Source of the DNA: an uncultured Nitrospinota bacterium
GTDB lineage: Bacteria; Tectomicrobia; Entotheonellia; J063; CAVPRW01
DNA length: 64,000 bases
Direction of reading: 5' to 3'
NCBI GenBank assembly: GCA_963707985.1
Contig: CAVPRW010000015.1
Span: 32,001 to 96,000, forward strand
Numbering within the stretch: position 1 is the stretch's first letter; each line of letters begins with the position of its first letter. The notes beneath the pieces are model-generated. The model was given only the letters and a program-made list of their open reading frames with translations. It was not told the origin of the DNA and ran no database searches. The position numbers and the translations under genes are program-made. This document shows positions 20,018 to 30,200 of the stretch, piece after piece.

Positions 20018-21145
20018 ATGAGCAAACAGACTCAGTACACGTACGATGTCTTCATCAGCTACAGCCATGTCCAACGAGAATGGGTGCGGGGACAGCTGTT
20101 ACCACAGCTCGAAAAAGCGGGACTAAAAGTCATCATTGATTACCGAGACTTTGAAATCGGCGTGCCCAGCCTTGTCAATATGGAACGAGCTGTGGATAAT
20201 AGCCGGCATACACTCGTGGTGCTCACACCAGCCTGGGTTGCGAGCGAGTGGACTGAATTTGAGAGTCTGCTCGTCGGCACCACCGACCCAGCCGCACGAC
20301 GACGGCAGGTGATCCTACTGCTTTTAGAGACCTGCAAGTTGCCACCACGTTTCGCCATGCTCACCTTTGCCGACTTCACGCAGCCCTCTGAACATGAAGT
20401 GCAGATGGCCAGATTGGTGAAGTCGATATTAACGCAATCCAAAGGTCATGCAGCACCCACCACCATTGAGAGTGACCCGAAACCAATCGATGGCGGAAAT
20501 GCCCGCAGCACCGCCTCGCTGACCAACACTACCGCTGCTGGTGATGCGGCTATTATCCCACTAGATGGCGTACCGGCTGACTTCGTCCTTGTCACGACGC
20601 TCGAGGAGGAGCGCGCGTTGCTGGTGCACCTGGAAGAGCAGGTGGCAGTGCTGGTCAATCACAACGCCCCTGAGGTACAGCTCATGGCAGGTGAGGCCGT
20701 AGTACGTCTTCTGCTCCCTGATGTGAAAGCGCTTTCTTCTGAGGTTATTTCGCAGGCGGCCCAGGATCTGCTTGATTCGCTATCAACGCATTTTCCGATC
20801 CCAACACCAAGCTCATGGCCCTGCTGGAGGGTATCAGCAGCCGGGAGCGGTGGAGAACTATCCACGATACAGTTGCAACTACGGCGGCAGTGTTGGTCAG
20901 CCGCGAGATTTCATTAATGCCGACATTGTTCCAGGCGGTGGCGGAGACGCAGGATTGGGAACACCAGGAGCCAGTGCTCGGTACCGTGGCAAAACTGGCC
21001 GAGTTGAGTCCGGCGCACGTAAATACGTACGTTGAAGACAGGCCCGAGCTGGTGGACAAGCTGATCGAGCACTGTTCCAATCTTTACAGCATCAGTAGCC
21101 GGTGTTTTGCCTTAACCGCTCTGAGCTACCTACGGCACATCAACC
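20018..21145 (+). pseudogene. TIR-domain protein relic (TIR, short PNP-like start, helical/HEAT-like region); frameshift at ~20790, truncated at the IS110 relic
   Basis: YDVFISYSH...IDYRDFEIG...SRHTLVVLTPAWVASEWTEFE (TIR_2); ADFVLVTTLEEE; continues in the 20815 frame up to the IS junction. Confidence 0.75.
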
Positions 21146-21847
21146 CCGACGGCGTTCCGGGACCAGGCGGGTGCGGTCGCGCGTCAGCTCCCGCCAGGCG
21201 CGCGGCTCAAGCGCGGGGATGACGCTCGCCTGCCGCAAGCCAGGGCGCCTGAGCTTCGCCCACCACCGCGCGTCGGCCTTCTCCGTCGTGCGCCCCGGCA
21301 CCTGCTTCACGGGGGCGGCGTTGACCAGGAATCCCGTCACAGCGCCCTCCAAGATGTGATCGAGCGGTTTCCACTACGCCCCGGTGCTTTCCATCGCCCC
21401 ATGCGTGACGCCCGCCGCGGCCAACCAGTCGGACGAAGCCAGCCGGTCGGCAGTCCTCGTCCCACAGGCCTTGCGCTCCATGAGCCCGTCCCCCTGCTGG
21501 CCGGTGGGATCAGGCGTCACCCGACAGGCCAGCACCGTCTTCGGCTGCACATCCACGCCCGCACAGGGGGTGCAGCTCACGTCCCGGGCCTACCTCCCGT
21601 GGCAGAGGGGCTGGCAGGATACCCCCTGGTCGAGACTCGACCGTGCGTGCTCTCCTCCCGGTCGGCAGGTGGCCACAATCCTTGGTGCCGACAGGGCTCC
21701 GGGTCCAACGGCTCCTCAGGCTCACGGCACCAGCGTTTGAATGACCTCGTCGCCAGCCCAGATCGAGCGCTTCTACCGCCCCTACTCGAGGCTGGCGAGC
21801 CCCACACCATTGTCATCCCGCTTGGTGCCCGAGCGCGGGCATGACAA
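21143..21847 (-). mobile_element. degenerate, 3'-truncated IS110-family element: 5' noncoding end plus N-terminal DEDD transposase pseudogene
   Basis: CAGVDVQPKTV, AMESTGA*WKP, VNAAPVKQVPGRTTEKADARW, RELTRDRTRLV are decayed IS110 motifs (GLDVHK, AMESTGxYW, PGRKTD..DA); in-frame TAG; terminal hairpin at 21810-21847. Confidence 0.9.
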
Positions 21848-22264
21848 CTGCTCAGAAGCTTAATTAGTTTGTATCATCAGGCATACCGCCCAGTGGTATG
21901 GAGTTCTCACCAGGACGTTATTCGGGCGCCGACAACGGGTGGGCCGGGGTGTTTTTAAACATTCCGCTGATGGAGTTCCTGGAATCGATCAGGAAGTACC
22001 CGAACATCCCGACCATCCCTGCCGGGTCGTCCATGGGCTCGGATCTGCCGGTGTTCGTCCCGCCCAACCTCGCGCCCAAAGGAGGTGCGGCTGAAATGCA
22101 TGCCAAGGCAAGCTTTAAGGACGAGTAACGTGATCGCCGCGCACATCGAACTGATCCTCGTGGTCACCGGCGCTGCCACGGCCATCGCGGTCGACCAGTG
22201 CATCGCGCCAGTGCAGTTTCTCCGTCTGACTTACGGTGAAGCGCCCGTCGATCTGGTCAGTGTG

Positions 22265-22822
22265 GCGCTCGCCAGCCAAGAGGGTTTTGCCTATTGGGCG
22301 GCCCAGGCAACTATGTTGTACGGCTGGACACTGATGGCCCAGGGACAGCATGCCGACGGCATCGCGCAGATTCTCCAGGGTCTGAGCGCTCGCCATGCCA
22401 CGGGCGCCAGTCTGTATCGGGCGAGTCACTTGCCTCTATTGGCTGAGGCCTATGGAGAAGCAGGACAGATCGAAGAGGGGCTGCGCACGGTGGCCGAGGC
22501 ACTACTCAGCACCGACACGACTGGGGAACGGCTCTATGAAGCGGAGTTGCATCGGATCGAAGGGGAGTTGGTGCTCCAGCAGGCGCCTACGGACACGTCC
22601 CGGGCGGAACGCTGCTTCCAGCGAGCTCTGGCTATCGCCCGCTGCCAGCAGGCCAAATCCTGGGAACTACGAGCGGCCATGAGCTTGAGTCGGCTGTGGG
22701 GGCGGTCAGGAGAATACGCAAAAGCCCACCAGCTGCCGGCAGGATGCTATGACTGGTACACCGACGGCTTTGACACCACTGACCTGCGGGCGGCCCAAGG
22801 GCTGCTGGCAGCCCTGGCGTGA
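22265..22822 (+). pseudogene. C-terminal TPR-like fragment of an adenylate cyclase/AAA (STAND-type) ATPase
   Basis: LAEAYGEAGQIEEGL, YEAELHRIEGEL, AERCFQRALAIARCQQAKSWELRAAMSLSRLW, TDGFDTTDL; N-terminal domains and a credible start are absent. Confidence 0.8.
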
Positions 22823-23164
22823 GGTGGGTCCTTACCACGTGAAGAGCGTGCGCACAAGGGACGAGCATCCACAGGGTGAGGAGCCCTCCCACGATGAGGC
22901 CAAACACGCCCGACAGACCGTAGAAATTGCTTACGCAAAACGCCAGCGCAGAGGCCAGCGCCTGCTGAGAGGCTCGCTTCAGAGTCAAACCCCACTCACT
23001 CCGAGGGCTCATACCTTGCTCGAATACCAAGATGGGACTCAAAAAGATGGGGGCCCGGTTTGCTTTGCATCCTCGATGAGAGGACAGGACCGTTTTGCAG
23101 ATTAAGTTGTGCAAATCCGTTTCTTGGCGAGGCTCCCCAAGGTGGACCTCTAATTCACTCTTCG

Positions 23165-23461
23165 CTATTCGCGCTGAGAGATCGCCTGATATTCGTAGAA
23201 CGTGTATTGGCAGCCGTCCCCTGTCCGCGTGCGCTGATCGAGCCGCTCGGTAATCGTCAACGGGTGAACTGCCTGCAAGTTTACGTTCAGTACTACCAGG
23301 TAGTCGCCCGGCTGCAGTCGACACCTAGAGGGGCTATCGATCGTCGCCATATAGCGGGCGCGGTAGAGCATACTGCCAATCTCGATGATGACATGCGACG
23401 CCTCGACCTGGCGGATGAACAAGAGACGATTTTTCCCGATCAGCGGTCGATCACCGTGCAT
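23165..23461 (-). CDS. hypothetical protein, 98 aa
   Basis: GGGGAGGAG RBS 5 nt before the ATG; globular-looking composition; no family recognised. Confidence 0.55.
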   Translation of the reverse strand: MHGDRPLIGKNRLLFIRQVEASHVIIEIGSMLYRARYMATIDSPSRCRLQPGDYLVVLNVNLQAVHPLTITERLDQRTRTGDGCQYTFYEYQAISQRE

Positions 23462-24169
23462 GCAGACTCCTCCCCGACAGAGGTGGACCTCCTAGACCAG
23501 GTGGACCTGAGTCTTCCCATTCAACGCTGCTGCCTACATGGACCTGAGGTCGACCTGGTGGCCCTTCCTATTTCCGCCTGTCATTCCCGAAATTCGGTGA
23601 GGCCGATAAGTCAGCATCCTCATGTTGGTTTTGTGGCGCGATAGGTTTAGAGGGTCTATCAGTTTATAAGGACTCGCTGTGAGGGGAACATGGTGTGGCG
23701 TTTACGCCTGAGACGAGCATCTTCCCCGAATGGATTCGGCCGTTTACCCCCACCTAGATCACGTATCCACTGTCGACAGCGTGGTAGACGTTGCGTGGAT
23801 GTGCTTGATGCTGAATGGCTTCCGCCGTTGGGCGGTCGTCCTGTTGGTGTCATTCCTGGCCGTGTCCCGTGCGCTCGGCCATTCGTCCGACTCGCCCGCA
23901 AGCAAGACAGTTGGCTATTATAGCATGGGTGTGCGCTCGCCACAGTTGCCCATAGAATGGGCATCCTTCATAGTGGTATCCACGACGCCGCACTCGAAAA
24001 CTCCCAGATCCAGGGTCCCCTGGAAAATGTGGGGACGGCCCTCCTGGTCCATCTGCGGTAGGCCAGGGGCGCTATTGTCGCCCTGGTTAAGCATCGGAGA
24101 CCCCGCCTGCAGCTTGGCAGGAAGGTGTGAAGCTCGATAGGTGCAACCTGATGAGAGCTGTTGTAACCT

Positions 24170-25411
24170 TCAGGGCCACATGAGCACGAGCAGGATTCCG
24201 CTCATGAGCCCTATGCCATACAACCAGATGACTTTGGCCAGCAGTTCTTTATGGCCGATGGCGGCAATGGTGGCGGCTTTGAAGAAGAGATTCGCCATCA
24301 ACGCAGTGACGATGATCCGCCATCCCTGTTCCGGGTCGAGCCGCTCCGTTCCTACCAGTTGCGACGTCGAGAGGGTCATGGCGTCGACGTTCGTGAGTCC
24401 CGACAACGCTGCCACGACATACAGTCCTCTGTCGCCGAAGTGCGTTTTGGCCGCCGCGACCGCCAACAGCACAACAGCGTACAGGAGCCCAAACAGCAGC
24501 GCGGCCCTTAACTCCGAGGGATTCTCCTGGACTGGCATGGAGTTTTGTACATCGCGACCGGTGAACCAGACAATCCCGGACATCGCAATGAACACACAGA
24601 GCAGCACCGCGAACGGCGGCCACACCATGGCCAGAAAGGATGCTTGGACGACGGCGATTTCTAGCATCACGCGCGCGAACATCACGGTCGACGCGATCAT
24701 GATCACGATTGAAGCCAATCGGCTGCTCGCCGGATCGCGAGCGGTGCGGCGCGCATAACTCACGGTCGTGGCCGTACTCGAAATGACCCCTCCGAGGATG
24801 CCACCAAGTAACAACCCGGCATGTTCGCCGAAGAATTTATACGCGATGTACCCTGCCAGGCTCAGCCCGACGATGAGCACGACCATCAACCAGATCTCGC
24901 GAGGATTGAGCACAGCGTACGGGCCATATGCCTGGTTCGGGAGCACGGGGAGGATGACCAGCGAGATCAAGACGAACTGCATGACGGCTCGTAGGTCTTC
25001 GTCGCCGAGCTTGCGCGCGATGCCGTGGAGCTCGCCCTTGTATTGCAGGAGCACCGCCGCGCCCGCGCCAATCGCAATGGCGATCGCCTCAGGGCCGACG
25101 ACGACATAGGCCCCAACCCCATACATGAGGAGCATGGCGATTTCGGTGGTCAGCCCCGGCGCGGCTGGGCCGACCCGGAACTTGGCGATATTTCCCACGA
25201 CGATCAGCCCGGAGACGGCGATGAAACCCGCGGCCATGACCCAGCCGCCGAACGATTGGGCCAACATGGCGCACACGACTCCCAGGATGGTAATGAGAGG
25301 GAAGGTACGGATGCCGGCCAGTTGAGAGGCCGCGTGCTCGCGTTGCAGACCGACCAAAAGCCCCAGCCCCAGGGCAATCGCCAGATGTGTGAAAAGAATC
25401 GACAGCTCCAT
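24170..25411 (-). CDS. MgtC/SapB family membrane protein with DUF4010 domain
   Basis: GLLVGLQRE...AGIRTF, GLTTE, ILPVLPNQ.YGP...LNP..IW, GGVISSTATT. Confidence 0.9.
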   Translation of the reverse strand: MELSILFTHLAIALGLGLLVGLQREHAASQLAGIRTFPLITILGVVCAMLAQSFGGWVMAAGFIAVSGLIVVGNIAKFRVGPAAPGLTTEIAMLLMYGVGAYVVVGPEAIAIAIGAGAAVLLQYKGELHGIARKLGDEDLRAVMQFVLISLVILPVLPNQAYGPYAVLNPREIWLMVVLIVGLSLAGYIAYKFFGEHAGLLLGGILGGVISSTATTVSYARRTARDPASSRLASIVIMIASTVMFARVMLEIAVVQASFLAMVWPPFAVLLCVFIAMSGIVWFTGRDVQNSMPVQENPSELRAALLFGLLYAVVLLAVAAAKTHFGDRGLYVVAALSGLTNVDAMTLSTSQLVGTERLDPEQGWRIIVTALMANLFFKAATIAAIGHKELLAKVIWLYGIGLMSGILLVLMWP

Positions 25412-25582
25412 GCGGTCAGCTCCCGCTCGCAGGCGAGCTCCAGACGGCTAGGCGACAGAGTCGCGCCTGTGACGTGAAGAGCCGGAGCCACACCCTCTAT
25501 GCCTGTGCTATCCATGCCGCCAACGGTTGGTCTGCCACCGTTGGCTCGGAGTGGCCGCGATGACATGAGTCATCCGGGACGC

Positions 25583-25855
25583 TTAGCGGTCGCTGTGCCC
25601 CAGATGCTTCTCGGGTGCAATGCGGTCTCGCACCAGTTGCTTCAGCTCCTTTGATTCTGGGAATCGCCCCTGCTGCCGCCGGGAAAAGATCGTTTCTCCC
25701 AGCAGCCGTACCTCAAAGATGCCGTTGGTCCCCGGCACGAGTGCCACTTCGCCCAACTCCTGGTCGAATGTGGTCAATAATTCCTGTGCCAGCCATGACG
25801 CCCGCAAGAGCCAGCGGCATTGGCGGCAATATTCGATCTCCAGGCGTGGTGTCAT
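25583..25855 (-). CDS. SelT/SelW/SelH (Rdx) family protein, CxxC form
   Basis: IEYCRQCRWLLRASWLAQELLTTF...GIFEV...FPESKELKQLVRDRIAP..LGHSDR. Confidence 0.93.
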   Translation of the reverse strand: MTPRLEIEYCRQCRWLLRASWLAQELLTTFDQELGEVALVPGTNGIFEVRLLGETIFSRRQQGRFPESKELKQLVRDRIAPEKHLGHSDR

Positions 25856-26119
25856 GCTCCATCCCTCCCGATGCTGATCCCCGTCTTCAACCATACCTCG
25901 TCCTCGCAAGGTCGGCTTGCATTGTATCAGATTCCTGCGTCGCTTCATGCCTGCGTTCCTGTCGTGGTTGTGGGGGGAAGAGATGCTTGCGGCCGCTCGT
26001 GATTGGTGTTTTCTCTTGACACCTTGGTGAGACTACAGTAGTGACGTGGCATGGGCACAACCTTTCGCGTGAGCAGGACGATATGACCGACACTTCACTG
26101 GCATAGAAGGAGACAGACG

Positions 26120-26806
26120 ATGGCGACCCATCAGACCTTGAGCGGCACCTCGGACGAAGACTTCTTGCAACGTCTGGTCTCAAACTATCATGAGCGCTTT
26201 GGAGCGGATTTCTGGGCCACATTTACCGCCCAGGTCGCCCCAAAGCTCCCGCCACAACCGGTGATCGTCGACCTGGGTTGTGGCCCCGGCCTGTTCTTGC
26301 GCGATCTTGGGGAGCGCTATCCGGACGCCACGCTCTTCGGCTACGATGTGACCCCAGCCATGATCACCCACGGCCGGCAATTGCCGACGACCGGTGCCCA
26401 CCCGACGCTGGCGGTTCACGATGTCGCCACCCAGCCCCTGCCACATGCCGCTGGCACGGTGCACTTGGTGACCATGACGTCTGTCCTGCATGTCCTCGAC
26501 GAACCATTGCCGGTACTCGGCGAGATCCGGCGGGTTCTGGCACCCAATGGGCTCTTTCTGCTGCATGATTGGATTCGCATGCCGCTGCAGACCTATCTCA
26601 CCTCGCGCCAGGAACGCCAGGAAGAAACGCCGGAGGTTAGCCGTCAGCGGGGTTTCCGTCTCTTTCCAGCGCACTGCAAGTACACCACCGAGGACTGGCA
26701 GTGGCTGCTGGGTGAAGCCGGCTTTGCGATCCGCCATCAGACGCAATTACGCCCCACGCATCAGTGTTTCGTCACCACTCCGGTCAGCAAGGCATCGGTG
26801 CGCTAG
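26120..26806 (+). CDS. class I SAM-dependent methyltransferase
   Basis: VDLGCGPG, RVLAPNGLFLLHDW; AAGGAG RBS. Confidence 0.88.
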   Translation: MATHQTLSGTSDEDFLQRLVSNYHERFGADFWATFTAQVAPKLPPQPVIVDLGCGPGLFLRDLGERYPDATLFGYDVTPAMITHGRQLPTTGAHPTLAVHDVATQPLPHAAGTVHLVTMTSVLHVLDEPLPVLGEIRRVLAPNGLFLLHDWIRMPLQTYLTSRQERQEETPEVSRQRGFRLFPAHCKYTTEDWQWLLGEAGFAIRHQTQLRPTHQCFVTTPVSKASVR

Positions 26807-26928
26807 GGATGAGTCCATGCCGACGGAGATGGTGTCAGGTCGAATCGCCCTCCGAGAGTTCCTGCCGCTGGTGGTGTATATTATTCATGTTCGATGCGGC
26901 AGCGTCTTGACCGATACGGGGGGCGTGG

Positions 26929-28533
26929 ATGCATATTCATCTGAGCTTGCGTGATAAGCTGATTGCGGTGAGCATCGTCAGCGTGATCATTGCTCTGGTG
27001 CTGTCGACCCTCATCGATTCCGAGATGGCACGGCGGGCGTTCACGCAGCGCTTCAGGGATGAAGCGATGCGAGTCGCCAAGGAGATTTCGGCTGGTTTCG
27101 GCGGCTCGACGGAGCTCGACGATTGGGAGACGCTGGTGCATAAGATCCACGAGATCAAAGAAGCACGCGCCGATATCCGTCAAATCAACGTGTTCGCCCT
27201 CAATCCAGAAAATGGCTGGTCGATAGCGGCCTCGGATGAGGATCCGCCGACCGCAAACCTCAGCAATCAGGAGTTGACCAGCCTGATGCGAGGCCGCACC
27301 CTCGCTGATGAAGAACAAGGGTGGGATGCCCATTACTGGAGAGTGGTCACGCCCATCAAGGTCGACAAGTACATCATCGGTGCCCTCCAGGTCTTGATTT
27401 CCTGGGAAGCTGCCCAGCAGGATGAGGCCAAGGAACGCCGTAAGATGCTGCTCACCCTGGCGGCGACGGTGATACTGGTCAGCGTCGCCCTGACCATCTT
27501 TGTGCAACGTGCGGTGTATCGTCCGATCAAGGCCCTGGTTGGCGCGATGCAACGGGCGCAGGCGGGGTCGCTCGATGTCGAGGTAGTGCCGCATGGTCGC
27601 GACGAGCTGTCGCAGTTGGCCATGCATTTCAACCGTATGCTGTGGCGGATTCGGCAGGACACGGACGAGAAAGAGAAGCTGCTGTTGCAGATCCAACAGT
27701 TCAATGAAGAATTGCAGGGAAAAATTCAGCAGGCAACCCGCATTCTCGAACAGCGCAATCACGAATTGCAGCACGTCAACGAGGCTTTGTTCCAGAGCCA
27801 GCGGCAACTCGCCCAATGGGAACGCATGGCCGGTATGGTCTATCAAAGCGCAACCATCGCCCACGAGATCGGCACGCCACTGCATTCCATCACAGGTTAC
27901 ATCCATCTGCTGCTTACCGACAGCCATGTCCCCGACGACGCCAAACGCCGCCTGAAGGTCATCGAGTCGCAGATGGATCGGATTTCCGAGACGCTACGCA
28001 CCATGCTCGCGTCTACGAAGCAACCACCGCCACAGGTCGCACCACTCGATCTCAATGCCCTGCTGCGTGACTTGATCCATCTGACGTCGCCGGGGATGTC
28101 ACGCAGCAGCGTCAAGCTCAGCATTGAGCTGCAGGACGACTTGCCGCTGGTGCTGGCAGATTGCAACCAACTACAACAGGTATTCCTGAATTTGATCGCG
28201 AATGCCGTCGATGCTATGCCTGCTGGCGGTGAACTGCACGTCAAGACGGCGGTCGAAGAAGCAGGCGACAGCGGACGGGATCGGCCTGGTGCACCCCGTA
28301 GGCGATGCGTGGCGGCCTCCATCCATGACACCGGCCAGGGGATTGCCGAGGAATTTCTGAGTCGAATCTTTGACCCGTTTTTTACCACGAAGGCGGATGG
28401 GCAGGGGACCGGCATCGGGCTCGCCGTCTGCGCCCAGATCATCCATGCGCATGGCGGCAACATCACGGTGCAGAGTCAACCTGGAGAGGGCAGCACATTC
28501 ACCGTTCGCCTACCCCCTCAGGAGGAAGGATGA
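26929..28533 (+). CDS. membrane sensor histidine kinase (HAMP-HisKA-HATPase)
   Basis: Two TM segments, DELSQLAMHFNRM, AHEIGTPL, QVFLNLIANA, DTGQGI, FDPFFTTK, GTGIGL. Confidence 0.95.
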   Translation: MHIHLSLRDKLIAVSIVSVIIALVLSTLIDSEMARRAFTQRFRDEAMRVAKEISAGFGGSTELDDWETLVHKIHEIKEARADIRQINVFALNPENGWSIAASDEDPPTANLSNQELTSLMRGRTLADEEQGWDAHYWRVVTPIKVDKYIIGALQVLISWEAAQQDEAKERRKMLLTLAATVILVSVALTIFVQRAVYRPIKALVGAMQRAQAGSLDVEVVPHGRDELSQLAMHFNRMLWRIRQDTDEKEKLLLQIQQFNEELQGKIQQATRILEQRNHELQHVNEALFQSQRQLAQWERMAGMVYQSATIAHEIGTPLHSITGYIHLLLTDSHVPDDAKRRLKVIESQMDRISETLRTMLASTKQPPPQVAPLDLNALLRDLIHLTSPGMSRSSVKLSIELQDDLPLVLADCNQLQQVFLNLIANAVDAMPAGGELHVKTAVEEAGDSGRDRPGAPRRRCVAASIHDTGQGIAEEFLSRIFDPFFTTKADGQGTGIGLAVCAQIIHAHGGNITVQSQPGEGSTFTVRLPPQEEG

Positions 28534-28540
28534 AAGCCAT

Positions 28541-29926
28541 ATGGCGGGGCCGATACATATCTTAGCAGTCGATGATGATAGTGTGGCCTGTGAGTTGCTC
28601 CGCGAAGTCTTAGAGCAGGAGGGCTATCAGGTAAGCACCGCCACCACGGGCCAGGTGGCCATCGACATGGCTCACGAAGTGCCGTTCGACCTGGCCATCA
28701 TCGACATTCGGATGCCAGACATCAGCGGCCTCGAGGTGCTCAAAGCCCTGAAGCGTGCCAACGCCCAGATACCCGTGCTGATGACCACCGCCTATAGCTC
28801 GATGAATACGGCGATCGAGGCCATCCGTGAGGGCGCATACGATTATCTCAGTAAGCCCTGCAAGATGGAGGAATTGACGCTCACAGTCGAACGGGCGCTA
28901 GAGCAATCGAAGCTGCTACGTGAAAATCTCTATTTTCGGCAGGAACTACGCGAGAAATACAAGTTCGAGAACATCGTCGGTACTACCCCAGCCATGTTAG
29001 CGGTCTATAAAACCGTGGCGCGCCTGGTCGACAGCAAAGCGACAGTGCTCATTCAAGGAGAGAGCGGCAGTGGTAAGGAGCTCATTGCGCGCGCCATCCA
29101 TTTCAATGGGCCGCGGGCAGAGCGCCCCTTTGTCGCCGTCGAATGCGCCTCCCTGGCCGAATCGTTGCTCGAGAGCGAGCTGTTTGGCCATGTCCGGGGG
29201 GCATTCACGGGAGCGGTGGACACCAAGAAAGGACTCTTCGAAATCGCCGATGGTGGGACGATCTTCCTTGATGAGATCGCCGAAATCAGTCTGGGGCTGC
29301 AGGCCAAGCTGCTGCGTGTGCTGCAGGAACAGGAGATCCGTCGGGTTGGGGGAACCCAACCGATTCAGCTCGATGTGCGGATCATTGCTGCCACCAATAA
29401 AGATGTGGAGGCGCTGGTCAAAGCCGAACGTTTTCGTGAGGATTTGTTCTATCGCCTCAATGTGGTTACGCTCCATCTCCCACCCCTGCGCGCACGTCAG
29501 GAAGACATCCCCTTACTAGCCAATCATTTCCTGCGCAAGTACAGTGAGGCGAATCACAAGCTCATCAGTCACATTACACCTGAAGCAATGGCATTGCTGT
29601 GCACCTATTCTTGGCCCGGTAACGTGCGCGAGCTCGAACATACGATCGAACGCGCCGTGACGCTGACGATGAATAGCGCCTTACTGCCGGGAGACCTGCC
29701 CCCAAGGTTGCAACAGGAGACGCCTATGCCGCGTCTAGATGCCCCGTCAGCACTGCTCACCCTCGCAGAGCTGGAGAAGCAGCATATCCGGGCAGTCCTG
29801 CGCGCCACTGAGGGGAACAAAAAACGCGCCGCCCAGATCCTCGGGATCAATCGACGCAGTTTATATCGTATGGCAAAGCGCTACGGGCTCGACGTCGACC
29901 ATGCGCACGCCGACGACGCCGACTAA
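28541..29926 (+). CDS. sigma54-dependent response regulator (NtrC/AtoC family)
   Basis: REC domain (VDDD, DIRMP, KP), GESGSGKE, GAFTGA, FLDEI, WPGNVREL, Fis-type HTH. Confidence 0.96.
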   Translation: MAGPIHILAVDDDSVACELLREVLEQEGYQVSTATTGQVAIDMAHEVPFDLAIIDIRMPDISGLEVLKALKRANAQIPVLMTTAYSSMNTAIEAIREGAYDYLSKPCKMEELTLTVERALEQSKLLRENLYFRQELREKYKFENIVGTTPAMLAVYKTVARLVDSKATVLIQGESGSGKELIARAIHFNGPRAERPFVAVECASLAESLLESELFGHVRGAFTGAVDTKKGLFEIADGGTIFLDEIAEISLGLQAKLLRVLQEQEIRRVGGTQPIQLDVRIIAATNKDVEALVKAERFREDLFYRLNVVTLHLPPLRARQEDIPLLANHFLRKYSEANHKLISHITPEAMALLCTYSWPGNVRELEHTIERAVTLTMNSALLPGDLPPRLQQETPMPRLDAPSALLTLAELEKQHIRAVLRATEGNKKRAAQILGINRRSLYRMAKRYGLDVDHAHADDAD

Positions 29927-30125
29927 GAAGTGAGACTTTTTGCCACACATGGCTCCAGGTGTCACACTGCAGGTATCTCTCAGATCCTGCACACTCTCTT
30001 GATGGCAGCTGACCAGTGGTGTGTCAGGCTGACCCGCGCCTGCGCTGATGGTCGCTGACCTCTCCTCTCGGCCTTCCGTAATGCCTCCCGATAGTTACCT
30101 CCCAAGACCGGCCTGCCACGAACAT

Positions 30126-30141
30126 CGGTATGACTTTTGCT
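30126..30141 (+). promoter_or_regulatory. sigma54 promoter upstream of the opgC-like gene
   Basis: CGGTATGACTTTTGCT = GG-N10-GC with TTGCT; directly downstream of a bEBP gene. Confidence 0.5.
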
Positions 30142-30200
30142 CGATCACCTATATGGCATGTAGACTGACTTCTGTCGGCAACCCAGAGGGGGGCACATCG

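Noticed and set aside
20018..22822. Intact Thoeris/Avs defence system
   Set aside because: No partner effector or NTPase is present; the TIR gene is truncated and the TPR piece is an unrelated fragment.
23060..24140. Plus-strand ORFs 23060..23644 and 23730..24140
   Set aside because: No RBS or recognisable domain; the first is antisense to a better-supported minus-strand gene.
25583..25855. SelW-like gene as a second selenoprotein
   Set aside because: The motif is CRQC with normal Cys codons and there is no in-frame TGA.
30154..30169. sigma54 motif TGGCATGTAGACTGAC
   Set aside because: The -12 element is GA rather than GC; the motif at 30126 fits better.
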